Positions 29,001 to 43,300 of a stretch of DNA of 64,000 nucleotides are shown in pieces; the stretch's first letter is position 1, and the number at the start of each line of letters is the position of its first letter. Under the pieces are notes generated by a model. The model saw only the letters and a program-made list of their open reading frames with translations. It was not told the DNA's origin and made no database searches. The stretch spans positions 248,001 through 312,000 of the forward strand of contig NW_024704798.1 of NCBI RefSeq assembly GCF_018977255.1, given 5' to 3'. A program made the position numbers and the translations under genes. This DNA comes from Callorhinchus milii. Its lineage: Eukaryota.

Positions 29001-30092
29001 TACGCCACCATCGGCTTTGAGCTCCTTGGCCCACAACCCCTGGAGATCCCACAGTACCTTCATCTCTCTCCCTCCTTTGCCTCCTTCATAACACGTCACC
29101 ACAGTCTCCTCTTCAAACGCGCATTCCTCCAGGCAGCTCCCTCTCCCCTCCCTGCCCTCCATCACCCTGATCCCAACCTCCAGCTCGGGGCCCAATCTTT
29201 GAGGTCCTCCCGATGTGAAAGAAACTTTACAAATGTGATGTTGTTGCTGTGTATCATTAACAGAGTTGCATGCCGTCATGTGTCTCAATACCTCTGCAAT
29301 AATACTCAACATCTAGTGTGTAACATTTGTGAATCTTTAGTTTACTAACGTGTTAAAGAGAAGGTATTCTGCAAGTGAACGCATATCCAGGATAATACTT
29401 GTATCGTCGTAAATACTAAATGAATAAAACTGATCTGAAATGACCAACACATTAATAATTGGAAAGCTTCCAGTTTTAGAATATTTACCTTTCTTTGTGG
29501 TTTGCGTCACCTTCTCAGTCTCTCTCTTGCTCTCTATCTCGCTTTCGCCCCTATATATCTTGGAGCCCCATCTGCCCCTCCCCACTTGTACTAGACACCA
29601 AGTCATCTTACATCAATAATTATTTGGTCACTTAATGCACCACTGTTTGTGGGATATTGCTGCGCACAATTGCTGCTGCGTTTCACCCACAAAAGACACA
29701 GTCACTGCACTTGACACTATATTCTGCCGTTCGCTTTGGGACGTCTCGATGACGTAATACGTGATATAAATAATAATAATAGTAATAATAATCGTTGCAT
29801 TTGATATAGCGCTTTTCACGTCGGGAGGACGTTCCAAAGCGCTTCACAGAACACACTGTGAAGTGAATTGACTGTATATGTGTGGGCGAACGCGGCATTC
29901 GATTGCGCACAGCAATGTCCCACAAAACAGACGTAGATTGAAAATTACCAATTTATTATTGTTTTGGGGTTTTGGAGGGATTATTATTAGGCTCTGTGTG
30001 GAGTAAGGAAACTTGCTCAAGGTTTCGTCCTCTGCCTGGAATTGAACTCAGGTCTCTCACTTGCAAAGCGAGTGCTCTAACCACTGAGCTAC
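26100..30092 (+). repeat. Repeat of ~22100-25997 (partial C + D); recent duplication or duplicated haplotype across the gap
   Basis: Colinear at ~4-kb offset with many 1-bp indels; starts immediately after the gap. Confidence 0.9.
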
Positions 30093-31782
30093 ACTGATAT
30101 CAATGTGACTAATAAATTAATAAAACTGATCTAAAATGAGTGACACCTTAGTAATTAAAAAGAATCGAGATGTAGATGTCTTTTTTTTCAGTATAGATTG
30201 CGTATCCGGCTGTCCATCTCTAGCTCGCTCTCTCGCCTCCGAGTCAGTAGTTTGTAGGTTTGACCCTCCCGCCCACCCCCCAAAAGACACATATTCACAC
30301 AACCGCACAACCGCACACACGCACGTCGGGGTCTCTGATCTCACAGTCCTGACTGACTTACAAGCTCAGCGATGACTGGTGGTGGTTGTGTTGGTTGTGT
30401 TGGAGATGGTGGTATGTGTGGGGGAATGAGGATCGCCGCATTGCATTGGACACCATATCATTAATATAATGATTAATTCACGACGGTTTGTCGGATACGG
30501 CTCTGCACAACTGCTGCTGAGTTTCAACCACATTATATTCTGTGAAGCGCTTTGAGGCGTCTCAGTGAGGTGACACTTCATGGTGGATGTTAAAAACAGG
30601 CTTTATCGTTAAGACGGCAAAGTCAGTTCAACGGGAGATGGGAATATCTGATGCTTAGTCTCACATTAAGCAGCTCTCCTCGCCAGTTGCAATCCTTCAC
30701 ACCTTTTCACAATGCGATGAATAAATTATTTAAGTGGATGGAAAATGACTGACACATTTATAGTTAAATAGTTTCCAGCTACAGAGTGCTTAATTTTCGG
30801 CTTCGGTTGAATTTCTGGCCCTCGCTCTTTCTCTCGCCTCCGAGTCAGGAGGTTGTGGGTTATCCCCCCCTCCCCCTACACACAGCCACACAACCGCACA
30901 CCCACAAACCTCGGAGAATCTGAGCTCACAGACCAGGATAGCGATTCAGCACAGCGCAGGATTTGGGGCGATGGTGAAGGAGAGAGTGCCTCGTATTGTC
31001 GGAGACGCCAAATCTCCTGAGAAAAATAATAATTTGGTCGCTCAGTTTTTCTGCATAGCTGTTGTGGGGCACTGTTCAGTGCATTTGCTTCCGTCTTTCA
31101 TCCCCAAATGACAGAGTCACTAAACTGTACATTATATTCCGTGAACCGCTTTGAGACGTCTGAATGTTGGGATTATGCGCAATATCCAACGAAAGGATTA
31201 TTATGATTAGCAATACTCATATAATTAGATTATATATATATAATATATATTATCACCATTTCCCTAAGACTTATTAGACTTGTAATTGTATGGCGACTAT
31301 TTAGTCACACTGTGTATATTGTGTCATGTTCGGTCAGGAGGTACCACCCTCTGAGAGTGAAAGCTTTGATCTGATTTCACTGAAAATTTTTCAACGCAGT
31401 TGAGCGTTCAATATGACCGTGAACACAACGTTGGGCATTGGAAGTAGAACGGCATGGGCTTTGCTCGTGGTTCATTCTCTGTCCGTCAAAACTAATCTGA
31501 TGCGGAATGAGATTGAATAGGTCAAAAGGTTTCATCATCCGAACTATACTTCTGAAGTACGTAACTCGCGAAAACTTTCTGATTTCTGTTCCTCAAGTCG
31601 ACAGTCAAGCTACGAAATCAGGTGAGTATTTTTGTTTTGGATAAGCTATTTGTCTTCAGGACAAAATTTATAAAATACAATTAAATCAAAACTTTGACAG
31701 CACCAACAAACCCAAGCCAAGGGCCATCCTTCCGGCATAAAAGGTGCGAAATGTACTGCAGATGCAACTTGCTGCAGCTTTT

Positions 31783-31858
31783 ATGGATGTCAGGCTCCAT
31801 TGGCTTCCATCAGCAAAACGGATATTGTTTATAATCCTGACATTCACATGCCATTCAC
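31783..31858 (+). CDS. Alternative candidate signal-peptide exon for the SRCR gene (MDVRLHWLPSAKRILFIILTFTCHS)
   Basis: Hydrophobic ILFIILTF core; upstream gtgagt donor at 31622 and cag acceptor at 31777. The phase-1 donor is weak (gtcatg). Confidence 0.35.
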
Positions 31859-32560
31859 GTCATGCCCTTAGCATATGACTTATACCCCTACTCCTCAAGC
31901 AGTCACACCTACCCTTCGGCCTCATCGACAACAGCTTGCATTTGTATACCGTCCCTCGTGCAGGTTAGCATCTCAGAGCGCCTGGGTCAGCAGGACTCCG
32001 ACCCAGAGAAAGAGGGAGGTCGAAGTGGAAGCTCTTCCTATGTTATATAAACTTGGAGTCAAGGAGGAGGGATTGAGAAAGAGTGTTGCAGTGTTTATGG
32101 ACAAGTTCTGCCCTCTTAAGAACCCAGAGACCCTTCCCTTCCCTGGGTGACAGGCACATGTACAAGAAGACAAGAAATTTTTGTTTTTGCTGTGAAGTCC
32201 TGTCCCGCAATTTCAATACACCTCATGTTGAAATGCGAGGACACGTGGAATGTGCAGCACCTTTCAATCTATCATTTACTGAAAACCATCGTTCAAGTCC
32301 CACCATCGATTACATAGACTGCCCTGACACAACCTGCACAACTCTTCCAGCGCTTCACTGGATTTACTGTCAGGAGCAATGACTGTGTAGGCAAATGCAA
32401 CAGCTGCAACAGAAACAACTGGTATTCATACAGCGCCCTCAACGCCGGACGGCGACTCAGAGCGCCTCCGATTAAGTACAAGTTTTATTATTATAATTAT
32501 GACTATCCTGCGGGACTGGAAATCAAATACAAAGGCATGTTGCTGGTGATGTTTTTGCAG

Positions 32561-32893
32561 ATTATTTGAGGCTGGTGAATGGCGGCAGCCCGTGTGCCGG
32601 GAGAGTGGAGGTCTACCACGAAGGACAGTGGGGCACAGTGCATGGCTATGGCTCTGGTGGCTATGGTTGGGATATGATGGACGCGGCTGTGGTGTGTAAG
32701 GAGTTGGGCTGTGGAGCCGCGCTGTCAGCATCAGGAGACGCTCACTTTGGCGAAGGCTCAGGTCCCGTTGTGACGTACAATGTTCAGTGCAGAGGGAGTG
32801 AGTCTACTCTGAGGGGTTGTCAGTCAGAGCCCTGGAAGGACTATTCAGTGTACTGGTACTCACACTCCTATGATTCCGGCGTCATCTGCTCAG
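32561..32893 (+). CDS. SRCR domain 1 exon (WC1 domain-1-like, 6 Cys)
   Basis: YLRLVNGGSPCAGRVEVYHEGQWGTVHGYGSGGYGWDMMDAAVVCKELGCG…QCRGSESTLRGC…YSHSYDSGVICS; cag|at and g|gtaaat boundaries. Confidence 0.97.
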
Positions 32894-34336
32894 GTAAATA
32901 ATTTTCAGTCTCCCATCATTTTTTTCAATCCTCATATTTTCGGTAAACCACAGTTTGAGAAACTCTGATAGAGATTGTATTCCACATTGTGTCATATTAT
33001 TATTAAATCTCTAATTTGGAGGGTCACGCTGCACTGCCATAACACCCCCTCCACAACCAACAACGCCCTCCGCCGTCGCTCAATGTTGATTTTCTTTATT
33101 TTCCCTTCATATGCTCAGGAGAGGCTTCAATCATTGATTCAGACTTCTTTTCAAACCGGAACAAATACACATTGAAATCCGCAATGGTTCCTTAGGGTGT
33201 TCCATCCAAGACAGTCCCTCAATCTCTCCGACTTGTGGTTTCCCGGGTTTAATTGGCAAATTGCTGCAAAATATAGGCCGGGCTTATTAATAGTCCTTTC
33301 TTTCTTCATTGTCCTCATTATCTTTTGAGATCCCCATTGCACAACAGGAACTTTCAGACCCTTCCTTATGCTCTCAGGCTCTCACACTCCCATTAGATAG
33401 TAGGAACTGTCTCTTCTCATCCTCTCAGACCTTCTTTGCACCAAAGTTATTGTCCTTCCCTTCCTCACCCTCTCCCACCCCCAGTGCACAGGAAGTGCTA
33501 TCTCTCCTCAACCACGGAGACTCCCATTGCATAGCAGATAGTGCTATTCCTCTGCTGACACTCTCGGTCCCCCATTGCACCTCAGGTATTGTCTCTCCCC
33601 ACCTTCTCAGACCCACATTGCCTCTCAGGTGGTATGTCTCCTAACTCTCTCCGCCTCTTCTTGCACAGTTCCTGCTCACACTCTCAGACCCCATTGAATT
33701 GCAGGAAATGTCATTCCACCCCAGCCACTTCAATACTAATGCACAGCAGCTACTTCTAAATGATTTGGGACGTCATTCTATCCTGCAGTTCGCAGCGTAA
33801 ACTTATCTTGAGTCCTTTCGAAGCAGCGTAAGATATTTGTGGAGAAATTCATGCTACTCAGCACCACAAAAAAAACTTGCATTGATAGGCAGGTAGATTC
33901 GCATGGCGCTTAATCACTACCTCATTCACCTGACAAGTATCTAAATGTACATTACTATCTCTAAATTTCTGATGATTGCTTCAGCTTTCACCTGTTTGCT
34001 GTCTGTAGTTAATCTTTCTGTCAACGTGGAGTCCTGTATCTCAATGGTTAGAGCACTCGCTTTGTGAGCGAGAGACTCGAGTTCAACTCCAGGCAGGTCA
34101 GGGCGAAACCTTGGGCACGTTTCCCTACTCCACACAGAGCCTAACAATTATCCCTCCAAAACCAAAAACAATAATAAATTGGTCATTTTCAATCTGGGAC
34201 TATTTGCGGGACATTGCTGTGCGCAATTGGCTGCCGCGTTCGCGCACAAATATACAGTCAATTCGCTTTATAGTGCGTCCTGTGAATCGCTTTGGGACGT
34301 CCTCCCGACGTGAAAAGCGCTACATCAAATGCAAGG

Positions 34337-34369
<33 letters not shown>

Positions 34370-37300
34370 GGTACGCTCTTTGTATTATAATAACTCATAT
34401 CACGTTAAATCTTCCACTACAGAACATTATCCCCCCAAATTAATTGGTGGAAGCAATGCCTGTTCCGGCAGAGTTCAATTGCAGCGCGATTATAAATCAG
34501 GAACCATCTGCGATCATTATTGGGATTTACAGGACGCCGATGTGCTCTGTCGGCAATTGGATTGTGGCTTCGCTTTGTCAACTGGTTCTGGAACACAGTT
34601 TGGGAAAGAAACAGGTCTTATCTGGAAAACTAACTTCAATTGTGTCGGCGATGAATCCCGAGTGTCGGACTGTCCTGTATCATTCTGGGAGAAGTTCAGC
34701 TGTACAAATGACCATGATGTTACTGTTGTATGTTCCGGTGAGTGAAATAATAATTCTTTCATTTGATACCATTCATTACTAAGTCATTATTATTAAGTCA
34801 TTCTGACGTTCTCAACGCGCTTCAAATAATATAAGTTCATGAAATCTGGCTGCATATTTTGTCGACGGAAAAGCCAACAACTTAAAACATAATAGGACAT
34901 ATTCTTTAAAAGTAAAATCTACCTTTTCTTCAATGATGCGCTGTCTGTCTTAGAAAATCTGATCTATTGTGTGAGTAGGATTTGCGATGAGTTATTATTC
35001 AGGTGTCAGAGGTGACACCAATCTCCATCTCTAAAAATCAGCACAAACCAAATATTAATTTTATTATTGCACACGAGAGCATAGATTCCTGAGACAAAGT
35101 GTTTACTCCTGATTCCCATATTATAGTCTGGTCCTGATGAAGGACAATCTGTGGTTTCAGACTGGGGCGAAGATACTCTTCTGCTCCAAATGCAATGATT
35201 GTTTACAATATTCTCCTTATCTTCACGTTTTTTTTTCCTACTGGCATATGTGGTGATTTGTGTACTTGGGCTGGAGGCTGCTATCATTTTTTGTGTTATT
35301 GTCTGTTGATTATGTGTAGCTGTGAACACCAGTAACATCGTAGTCTGTGAAATGTTCATGTAATTTCTACGTTGCTATGAATATTTCTATGTCATTTTGT
35401 AGGGTATATTGTCACTTTCGAAATGCCTATTTTCAATTATTAACAAGATAAACTTATCTTCAGCTCTCACAGCTTTGATTGTGTAATTGTGCATTGAAAT
35501 CTTTGCAGGTAAACAGTGGCATTTACGGTTAGAGAGCGGTGGGAGCCGCTGTGATGGGCGAGTGGAGATTTATCATAACGGCACTTGGGGCAGATTGCTG
35601 GACGACTCCTGGAATATATCAGATGGCGATGTCATCTGCCGACAGCTGAACTGTGGCTCTGCCATTTCAGTCTACAACTCTTCCCAGTACGGGGAAGGCA
35701 CTGGACCTGTGTGGATCAATAATGTTCAGTGTATGGGAACCGAGACGCACATCTGGAACTGCCCACATTCCACAGTGGCTTCATCCTCCTGGAGCAGCAG
35801 TGATGTGGGAGTTCTTCGTTCGGGTGAGTGCATTTGACCTATAAATAGAAGCAATAATTGCCAAGTTTAATACCAAATTATTAAATCACTTACAATATGC
35901 CTTCCTGTCGGTGATTGTCTGTTACTCCATCGAAGTACAGACGTCCACAATGTCATTGAACTATTCCACACGTAGTGTTGTGAAAGCGCGGCGACAGCAA
36001 ACTGATATTCAGTTGATAATGAAGATTCACACACACTCAACACATTGAGTGACAATTAATATTTTGTTGCTGAATAACATTATAACCAAACGTAGTATTT
36101 GTCACCAATGGAAACCAGTCGTGTTGTGTTATATTGAAATAGATCACATGAAGCTCAGGCTGGTGGATGGTGGCAGTTCCTGCTCTGGAACAGTGGAGGT
36201 TTACCGCCTTGGAAATTGGAGGAGAGTGCGGGATCAGTTCTGGGATTTAAGTGATGCGAATGTGGTTTGCAGACAGATGGGCTGTGGTCCTGCCATGAGA
36301 GCCTATAACTCCCCGGTGCACAGAGAAGGTGAACGGTCCCCATGGCTGAAGGATGTTCGGTGTCAAGGAAATGAGGCAAATCTTTTGAAGTGCAAACCGT
36401 CCAGGCGAAACCAATCAACTGAGAAGATGAGTGATGTTGGAGTTCAGTGTTCCAGTGAGTGAATGATTATTAATGATTAAAATTTCAGTACTGGATTTTA
36501 ACTCGTTGCCGGTTGTTACTCGATTGGCGGAACTTTTCCGCGCGTGAATCATCTCTTCAATAAATACTAAAATAATAATTTGGTCACTCAAACAAAGACC
36601 GTTTGTGGGCCACTGATTTGTGTGATAGGCTGCTGCACTTCCTTCAGAAACCTACTGAATTCAATTTACGTTATATTCTGGGAAGCGCTTTGAGACGTGT
36701 CAAACACCAGAAAATATGTTAAATCAAACGAAATGTCTATTATTAATATTGATCTACAATTTGCATTCGAGTCTCTCCTATTTTGACATGATACCTCAGC
36801 AATGTGCATTGCTATTGCCTGGTTATATTTGACTGAAGGAGATTGGGTAGCCGATTGAAAATCAGCTATAACAGTAAACACTCAGTTCATCTTTTCCTCT
36901 CATCTCTCCTACATTCCTGTCATCATGATAATACACGGTATCAACTGATGCATGTTATGCAATAAATTAAATTTTGCTTTGGTTCAACAGAAGATGTTCA
37001 GATCAGACTGATGGACGGTGGGAGTTCTTGCGCTGGGAGAGTGGAAATTTTATTCAATGGAACCTGGGGGACGGTGTGTGATGACTCCTGGGGATCACTT
37101 GAGGCGGATGTTGTGTGCAAACAGCTCGGATGTGGATCTGCAGTTCATACAACATCTGCGGCCACTTGTGGGCGAGCTTCAGGCCCAGTTTGGTTGGATG
37201 AGGTCAGATGCTCAGGAAAGGAATCAGCTCTCTAGGAATGTCCCTCTTCTCCATGGGGGCAGCATGACTGTGATCACAAAGAAGATGTGAGCATTGTGTG

Positions 37301-40300
37301 TACAGGTAAGAGATTAAACACCTTGTGTTTCACCGTCATTACTTACTGATAGAGTGTCAGCCTGGCTCTGTTATGAGCAATCTCTCCCTTGAGTCAGAGT
37401 GTTGTGGGTTCAAACCCCACATGGCTTATTCATGGATAAATCTGGCAATCTGAAGCAGGATGAAATGTGCCGAGGCTGTCACTGGCTGTTTCTGGGACCA
37501 TAGTTATCTCACAAGCGCTTGGAAGCGGTTTTGGATTTTCTCCTAGTGCCCTGGACAACAATTTTCCTATCGATCATGGTTACTCTATTTGCGGCTTGCG
37601 CTGGTACATTGCTTTCGCTGGATCTGTCTGTATTGTCCGTCACCATAGGTAGAAAAACAGTGTATTTGAGATGTTTCGATTCCATATTGGTCTTTATGAG
37701 AGAAAAATAGTATTATCAATTAAAGTTCTTTGAAACTTCAAATATAATATTACAAATTATTCCAACATGTTTTCCAGCACCAATAAAAGATTTAGTTAAA
37801 AAAAAACTGACTTGCACTAAATTTAAACAATCACAAACTTTAACAAAATCCATCTTTTTGCCGCCAAAGAACACAAGGAGCTGCGGTTGGTAAATGGACA
37901 ACATTCCTGTGAGGGGAGAGTGGAAGTGTTTTACAATGGGACTTGGGGAACTGTTTGCTCGGACTCCATGAGGCGCAAATATGCTGAGGTGATCTGCAAA
38001 CAGTTATATTGCGGAGAAGCTGTGGCTGTTGATGATAGTGGTCGATATGACAGAGGATCTGGACCTATTTGGCTGGACGACATAGTGTGTAATTCACAGG
38101 AATCCTTCCTGTGGCAGTGCTCTTCGCCACCTTGGGGAGAACATGACTGCGATCATACAGACGACTTACGTGTAATTTGTTCAGGTAATGAAATGCTCCT
38201 CAGCTAATGTTTCTGAGTCAATATTTATTGTATTTCTATTTGAAGTATTTCATTGATAAATGTACGTTTAACGCAGAAGAAGCTCCGAAACAAAAGGATC
38301 GCGTAAAACAGTGCACTGGGAGTTCAACTGATCAGCAGCTTCATTTGTCAGGTACTGAATGAAAAAATATGAACAGAAGGAAAATGTGCTCTTATCAAAA
38401 TATTCACAACACAATTTCCAAATTTCCAACGGTATTTCCTGTAATGTGCATCAATTGCATAGAACTAATCCGCGCATTTGGTAACGCGATTTCACGTCTT
38501 CTGGACTTCACAGAAAACACGTGAAAGTGTATCGACGGTGTATTTATAGGCGGCAGCAAATTGTGCACAAACAGTTGTGGATCGAGAGACCAAATTATTA
38601 TAATGATTTATTTTTGAAGGATTATTTACAGGATAATTAAACAGATCCCCTGTAAGTAATGCTTCACGGGAAAAAAATCGCTTGATGACAGTATGGATGA
38701 AAACGTATTTTATGTGTGTGAGTGACTGACATGTGAAATGAATACTGTCTATGGATAAGTCTTCCCGACGTGAAAGGCTCCATAAAAATATAACGTTGTT
38801 GTTGTTGTTGCTGTCTGATCAGGACAGGAGATGCGGTTGGTTGGAGGAAGCAGCATTTGCTCGGGGAGAGTTGAGATACTGAGCAATAACACGTGGGGGA
38901 CGGTGTGTGACGACTCCTGGGATATCCGAGAGGCCAGTGTGGTGTGCGGACAGCTGGACTGCGGCCCGGCCGTGCGGGCTGTGGGACAGGCGGGGTTCGG
39001 ACAAGGCGCTGGTCAGATATGGCTGGACGAGCTTCACTGCAGAGGAAGCGAATCCTTTCTGTGGGATTGTGTCTCCGCATCCGCGGGTCGCAGCGACTGC
39101 GTTCACAAAGAAGACGCCGGTGTGGTTTGCTCCGGTAGGGATCCGATCTCTCAATGTTCATCGACAAATTTGAGGTTTTTAAAATTTTTCTCAACAAAAG
39201 CAGATTAATTCTGACTTCATTTGATGCCAGAAATTGAATGGTTACTGGATTTATGTTGTTTGCGATGTTTTGCAGGTAAACCTCCAAGACCGCCAATCCC
39301 AACCGCATCCTTTGGTAAATAACATAAATACTTGACTTCTTGCTGACACATTGCTTAGCTTTCCCAGATATTACCACCAGGTATTGCCATTCATTCGTAA
39401 TAAAATTAATATATCTAAACCAGTATATTTGTCAACTAACCTTTCAGTAGTCAACACTTGAGAAATGAACAGACTGTATAACTACATTTTAGAAATTAAC
39501 AGGCGTTTAACTTCAGGAAAAGAGCTGCATCAGTACAATTATTGAGATAGTTTGGGCATTATTCTGAGTACACTGTGCAACATATCATACACTGTGCAAT
39601 AATTTGCTTCAGATAACGTTCAGTTTAGTGTGAAGCATTTTTCTTTATAGTTTCGAACGTGTGACTACCACATGTTGTACAACAATAAAATAACAAATGT
39701 TATGTCCTTGATTTGCAAAGTCCAGTTGATCAACATACCTTTCGTGGTCTGCATCGTCCTTGGAATCCTGTTAGCAGTGGTACTATTTGCACTGATTGTA
39801 CAGATGGACAGTAATTCTTCAGGAAGAGGTGAGACAGGACTCTGATCTCACAGCACTGCCTGGAGCTCCGTTATCAATTCAGTTAAAATCCTGTTGATAC
39901 ACGTGTCCCTTTTGTTAACTTAATACTCTTACCTGTTTTTACCGTCTCGATTTCATTGCTGTATTCACATGTATCTGTTAAGTTGCACAAACTAAAATTA
40001 AAAACATTTGCGTTCAAATGCGTAGCTCAAACACAACCACAGATGCAAAAAGAAACCAGCAGACACAATTAGGCCTCAACGTAAACTGAGCGCAATAACA
40101 TATTTTTCATAAAGGATACAAAAACAGAGCAGTTAAACTGACACAAAAACTTAGATACCCAAAGCATCACAAATACACAGTTCTATTAATACACCAACAC
40201 ACAGAGCTAAGCAGATATTTGCAGGTACCTAAATACAAATGCACAGTCATATTTACCGATTGAAACAAACACTTACAAAAACAAGTACACAGATGAATAA

Positions 40301-43300
40301 TGAGGCAATAGTGACGACAATATATTGATATTTTCAAATAATAATACTAATGTAACATGTTCCAAATATTTACACATCAGTTTCAAACTCCACTGTGCAA
40401 TTTCAGGTTAATATTTTAATTTCTGTACATGTCAACTTCCAACAGAGGAAAAGTATCCGTCTGTTCGTTGGTGTCAAGCAGTTTATGAAGAAATTGAGGA
40501 ACGGCCGATCAGAAGTAGAAAGTTTGAGTCTGGCTCCTCTGGTACATACTTTGCAATCATGTTTATTGTATCCGCATCATTGTACAAAAAACATCAGCAT
40601 TAGTATCCCGATTGGTAGCAAATGCAAATGATTGAATGCGCTGTGGATAGGATTTCAAGGTTTTATTCAGAGAACTGAAAAAGCCAAATCTTGTTGCCTT
40701 GTATCAATTTACCCACTTAATAGAGGTGAAACCTACTCAATACTTCAATTTGTTCGGTCTTTCAATATTCAAATATTATCACCGATGATTTCAGCATTGA
40801 CCAATCGAACTTAGTTATAACAGTTAATTTAATACAAAGTAAAATAACTGTTAGATAGTGGGTTTTATAACTTCACCAAAACGAATCCTACAGAAATTAA
40901 TATAAGCGATGCTTATTGTGGTTCTGTAGTCCCAACGAATATCTAAAATCATACCTTGTTGTCAAATGTGTAATCTTTAGCCTGAACAGAGGAAGTATTC
41001 AAAGATCATGTTAATAATATTTAACCAACATTTGACCAAGATTACATTGTTGAGCGGTTGACCATATATTAATCACTCATTAAGAGTGATCCACGATTTT
41101 TGCAAAAAAAACTCATATTTTGGTATCTTTCTGTATTTTGATATAGCTATAGAATTAGACTCTAAGAAACACCGTAACTGGACAGTAATGACATTATTTG
41201 CTCAGTTTCAGGATCCAACGATTCTATCAGTAAACTGGAGTACTACACTGGGGAGAGTGTGAATGGATCTGATGCAGAACAAGGAAACGCTGAGGTGTTT
41301 CTTCCGAATGGCGATGGTGAGTGTGCGAAATAATTATTGTATTTTATTCAGCCTCTGATCAATTCGACGAAACATTTCAAAGCACTTCACATATGTTTAC
41401 AGTGATTTATAGTGATTGGTTATCTGTTGATGAACCTCAAAGGCAATTTGTGCGCAAAATATGCACAGTAATCAGGAGGAATGTGGGGCAACCCTCCAGT
41501 ATAAGAACTATTTCCCTTTTGAGATTTGCAATATTTAAATTCCAAATATACATCCAAACGGAGCTCAATGCACTGCACTCCCCCAGTACTGCTGTGGAGT
41601 GTTATCCAGAGTGTGATCTTAGTCCCCGAGTGGATTACAATCAGAAACTTCTGACCCAGAGGCTAAAGAGCTCTCAATTTATCCAGTTTTCACTGGAAGT
41701 CAAGCTTTAATCTTCAGATAAAGTATCTAAAAAGAAATTCAGGATGTTTTCAGTAGTTCAGGCATAAGATACCTTGAGCACCACTGTGTCCAAATTTGGG
41801 TGGATATGGATAGACATTTGTGGAAGACAATGTTGCAGGGCTGTGGGGAGAGCGCGGAGGAGTTGGAGTAATTTTGGTCACTCTTTCAATAGATGAACTG
41901 AATGGCCTCCTTCTCTGCTGTATAATATTATGTTATCTGCCTCCTTTTCCCATCTGAATGTTTGAGTGCGTAAGACTGACTTCCTGTTAACAGATCATCT
42001 TCAGGAAGATTACGACGACGCTGAGGGCGGAACCTTCCAGATGGCGGACCGGGGCCTCCTCCTGGTCACTGACACACACCCTGATGTCCCCGCACTGACC
42101 AGTCACACTGTCCAGGAAGCCTCGCTCTGTCAGGGTAAGAGCCGAACTGTCATGTCTTAACCTACCGCCGGAGATATTTAATCAGCAACACATCTGGGAG
42201 TGAAAATCATCATCACAGTTGCAATTATCATCAATCTTCCATTCCATACAGAAATGCAATGGCATAAAGACAACAGGAATTACAATTGTGCAGTGCCTTT
42301 CAAGTTAGGACGTCTCGGACAGGCTTCAATGTGTAGTGACTGTATGTGTAGGCGAGTTGGTACGTGTTTGCAGCAAGGGATTGGTAATAGGGCGGCTGGA
42401 GATATTTGGCCTCGCTGTGATATCTAAAATCAGAATAATTACGGGTCGATGTGCAATCTGAAATGGATATTTCAGGGTTTGATGAATTCATCTCCGAGGC
42501 GCTCTGTAACGCCAATAATTGCACATACAGAATGGTGCTCTGTGCAGTGTGAATAACTGCACATATAAAATGGTGCTGTGACTTACCGATTAACGCAGAT
42601 TTCCTTGTTTCGACGTCTTGTTAATAACAATCAAGATGCAATGAAGGAAATAATCGTTTACAGCACTATCAGCAATTATTGAAACGCACGTTTAAAAAAT
42701 TTATAATCTATTTAAAATTTAACAAGTGAGGAGCAATTCCATCTTGAATGCCCAACCCTTCCAGTTTTTTTAAAATGCTGATTGTAGTAATGGAGGTAAG
42801 ACACACAATCAGAAATCCAAGATGGTTATCTCCAAATCGGTATTTTTCACTCACACATAAACACACAGATACACACGCAGAGACCCACAGACATACATAA
42901 CATACCTATGTACACACAGACACAAACGCAGCACATAAACGATCATAGACAGACACAGGCACACACAAACAGACACACACCGAGACACACAACACACAGA
43001 CACTCACAGACAGATAGGCACACACAGGCAAACACACAGACAACACACATAGACACACAGACTCACACATATACAGACACACAAATGCAGACGCAGACAC
43101 ACACTTACAGATACACAGTGACACCTTTCTGAATGTAATTACTAATAAATGATGGTTTTCTCTGCAGAGGGTGGACACCACACAGACAGTGACCCGCTGT
43201 TTCCTGTTGACACCAGTCAGTGTGGTTATGATTACGATTATATTGACTGTGAGAATGACACCGAGAAGAACAGACAACTTCCCGTCGGGAATCAAAGGGA

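Noticed and set aside
32398-32475. Thr-rich potential spacer exon before SRCR1 (ATETTGIHTAPSTPDGDSERLRL)
   Set aside because: The acceptor has no polypyrimidine tract and the donor (gtacaa) is weak; cannot be supported without transcripts.
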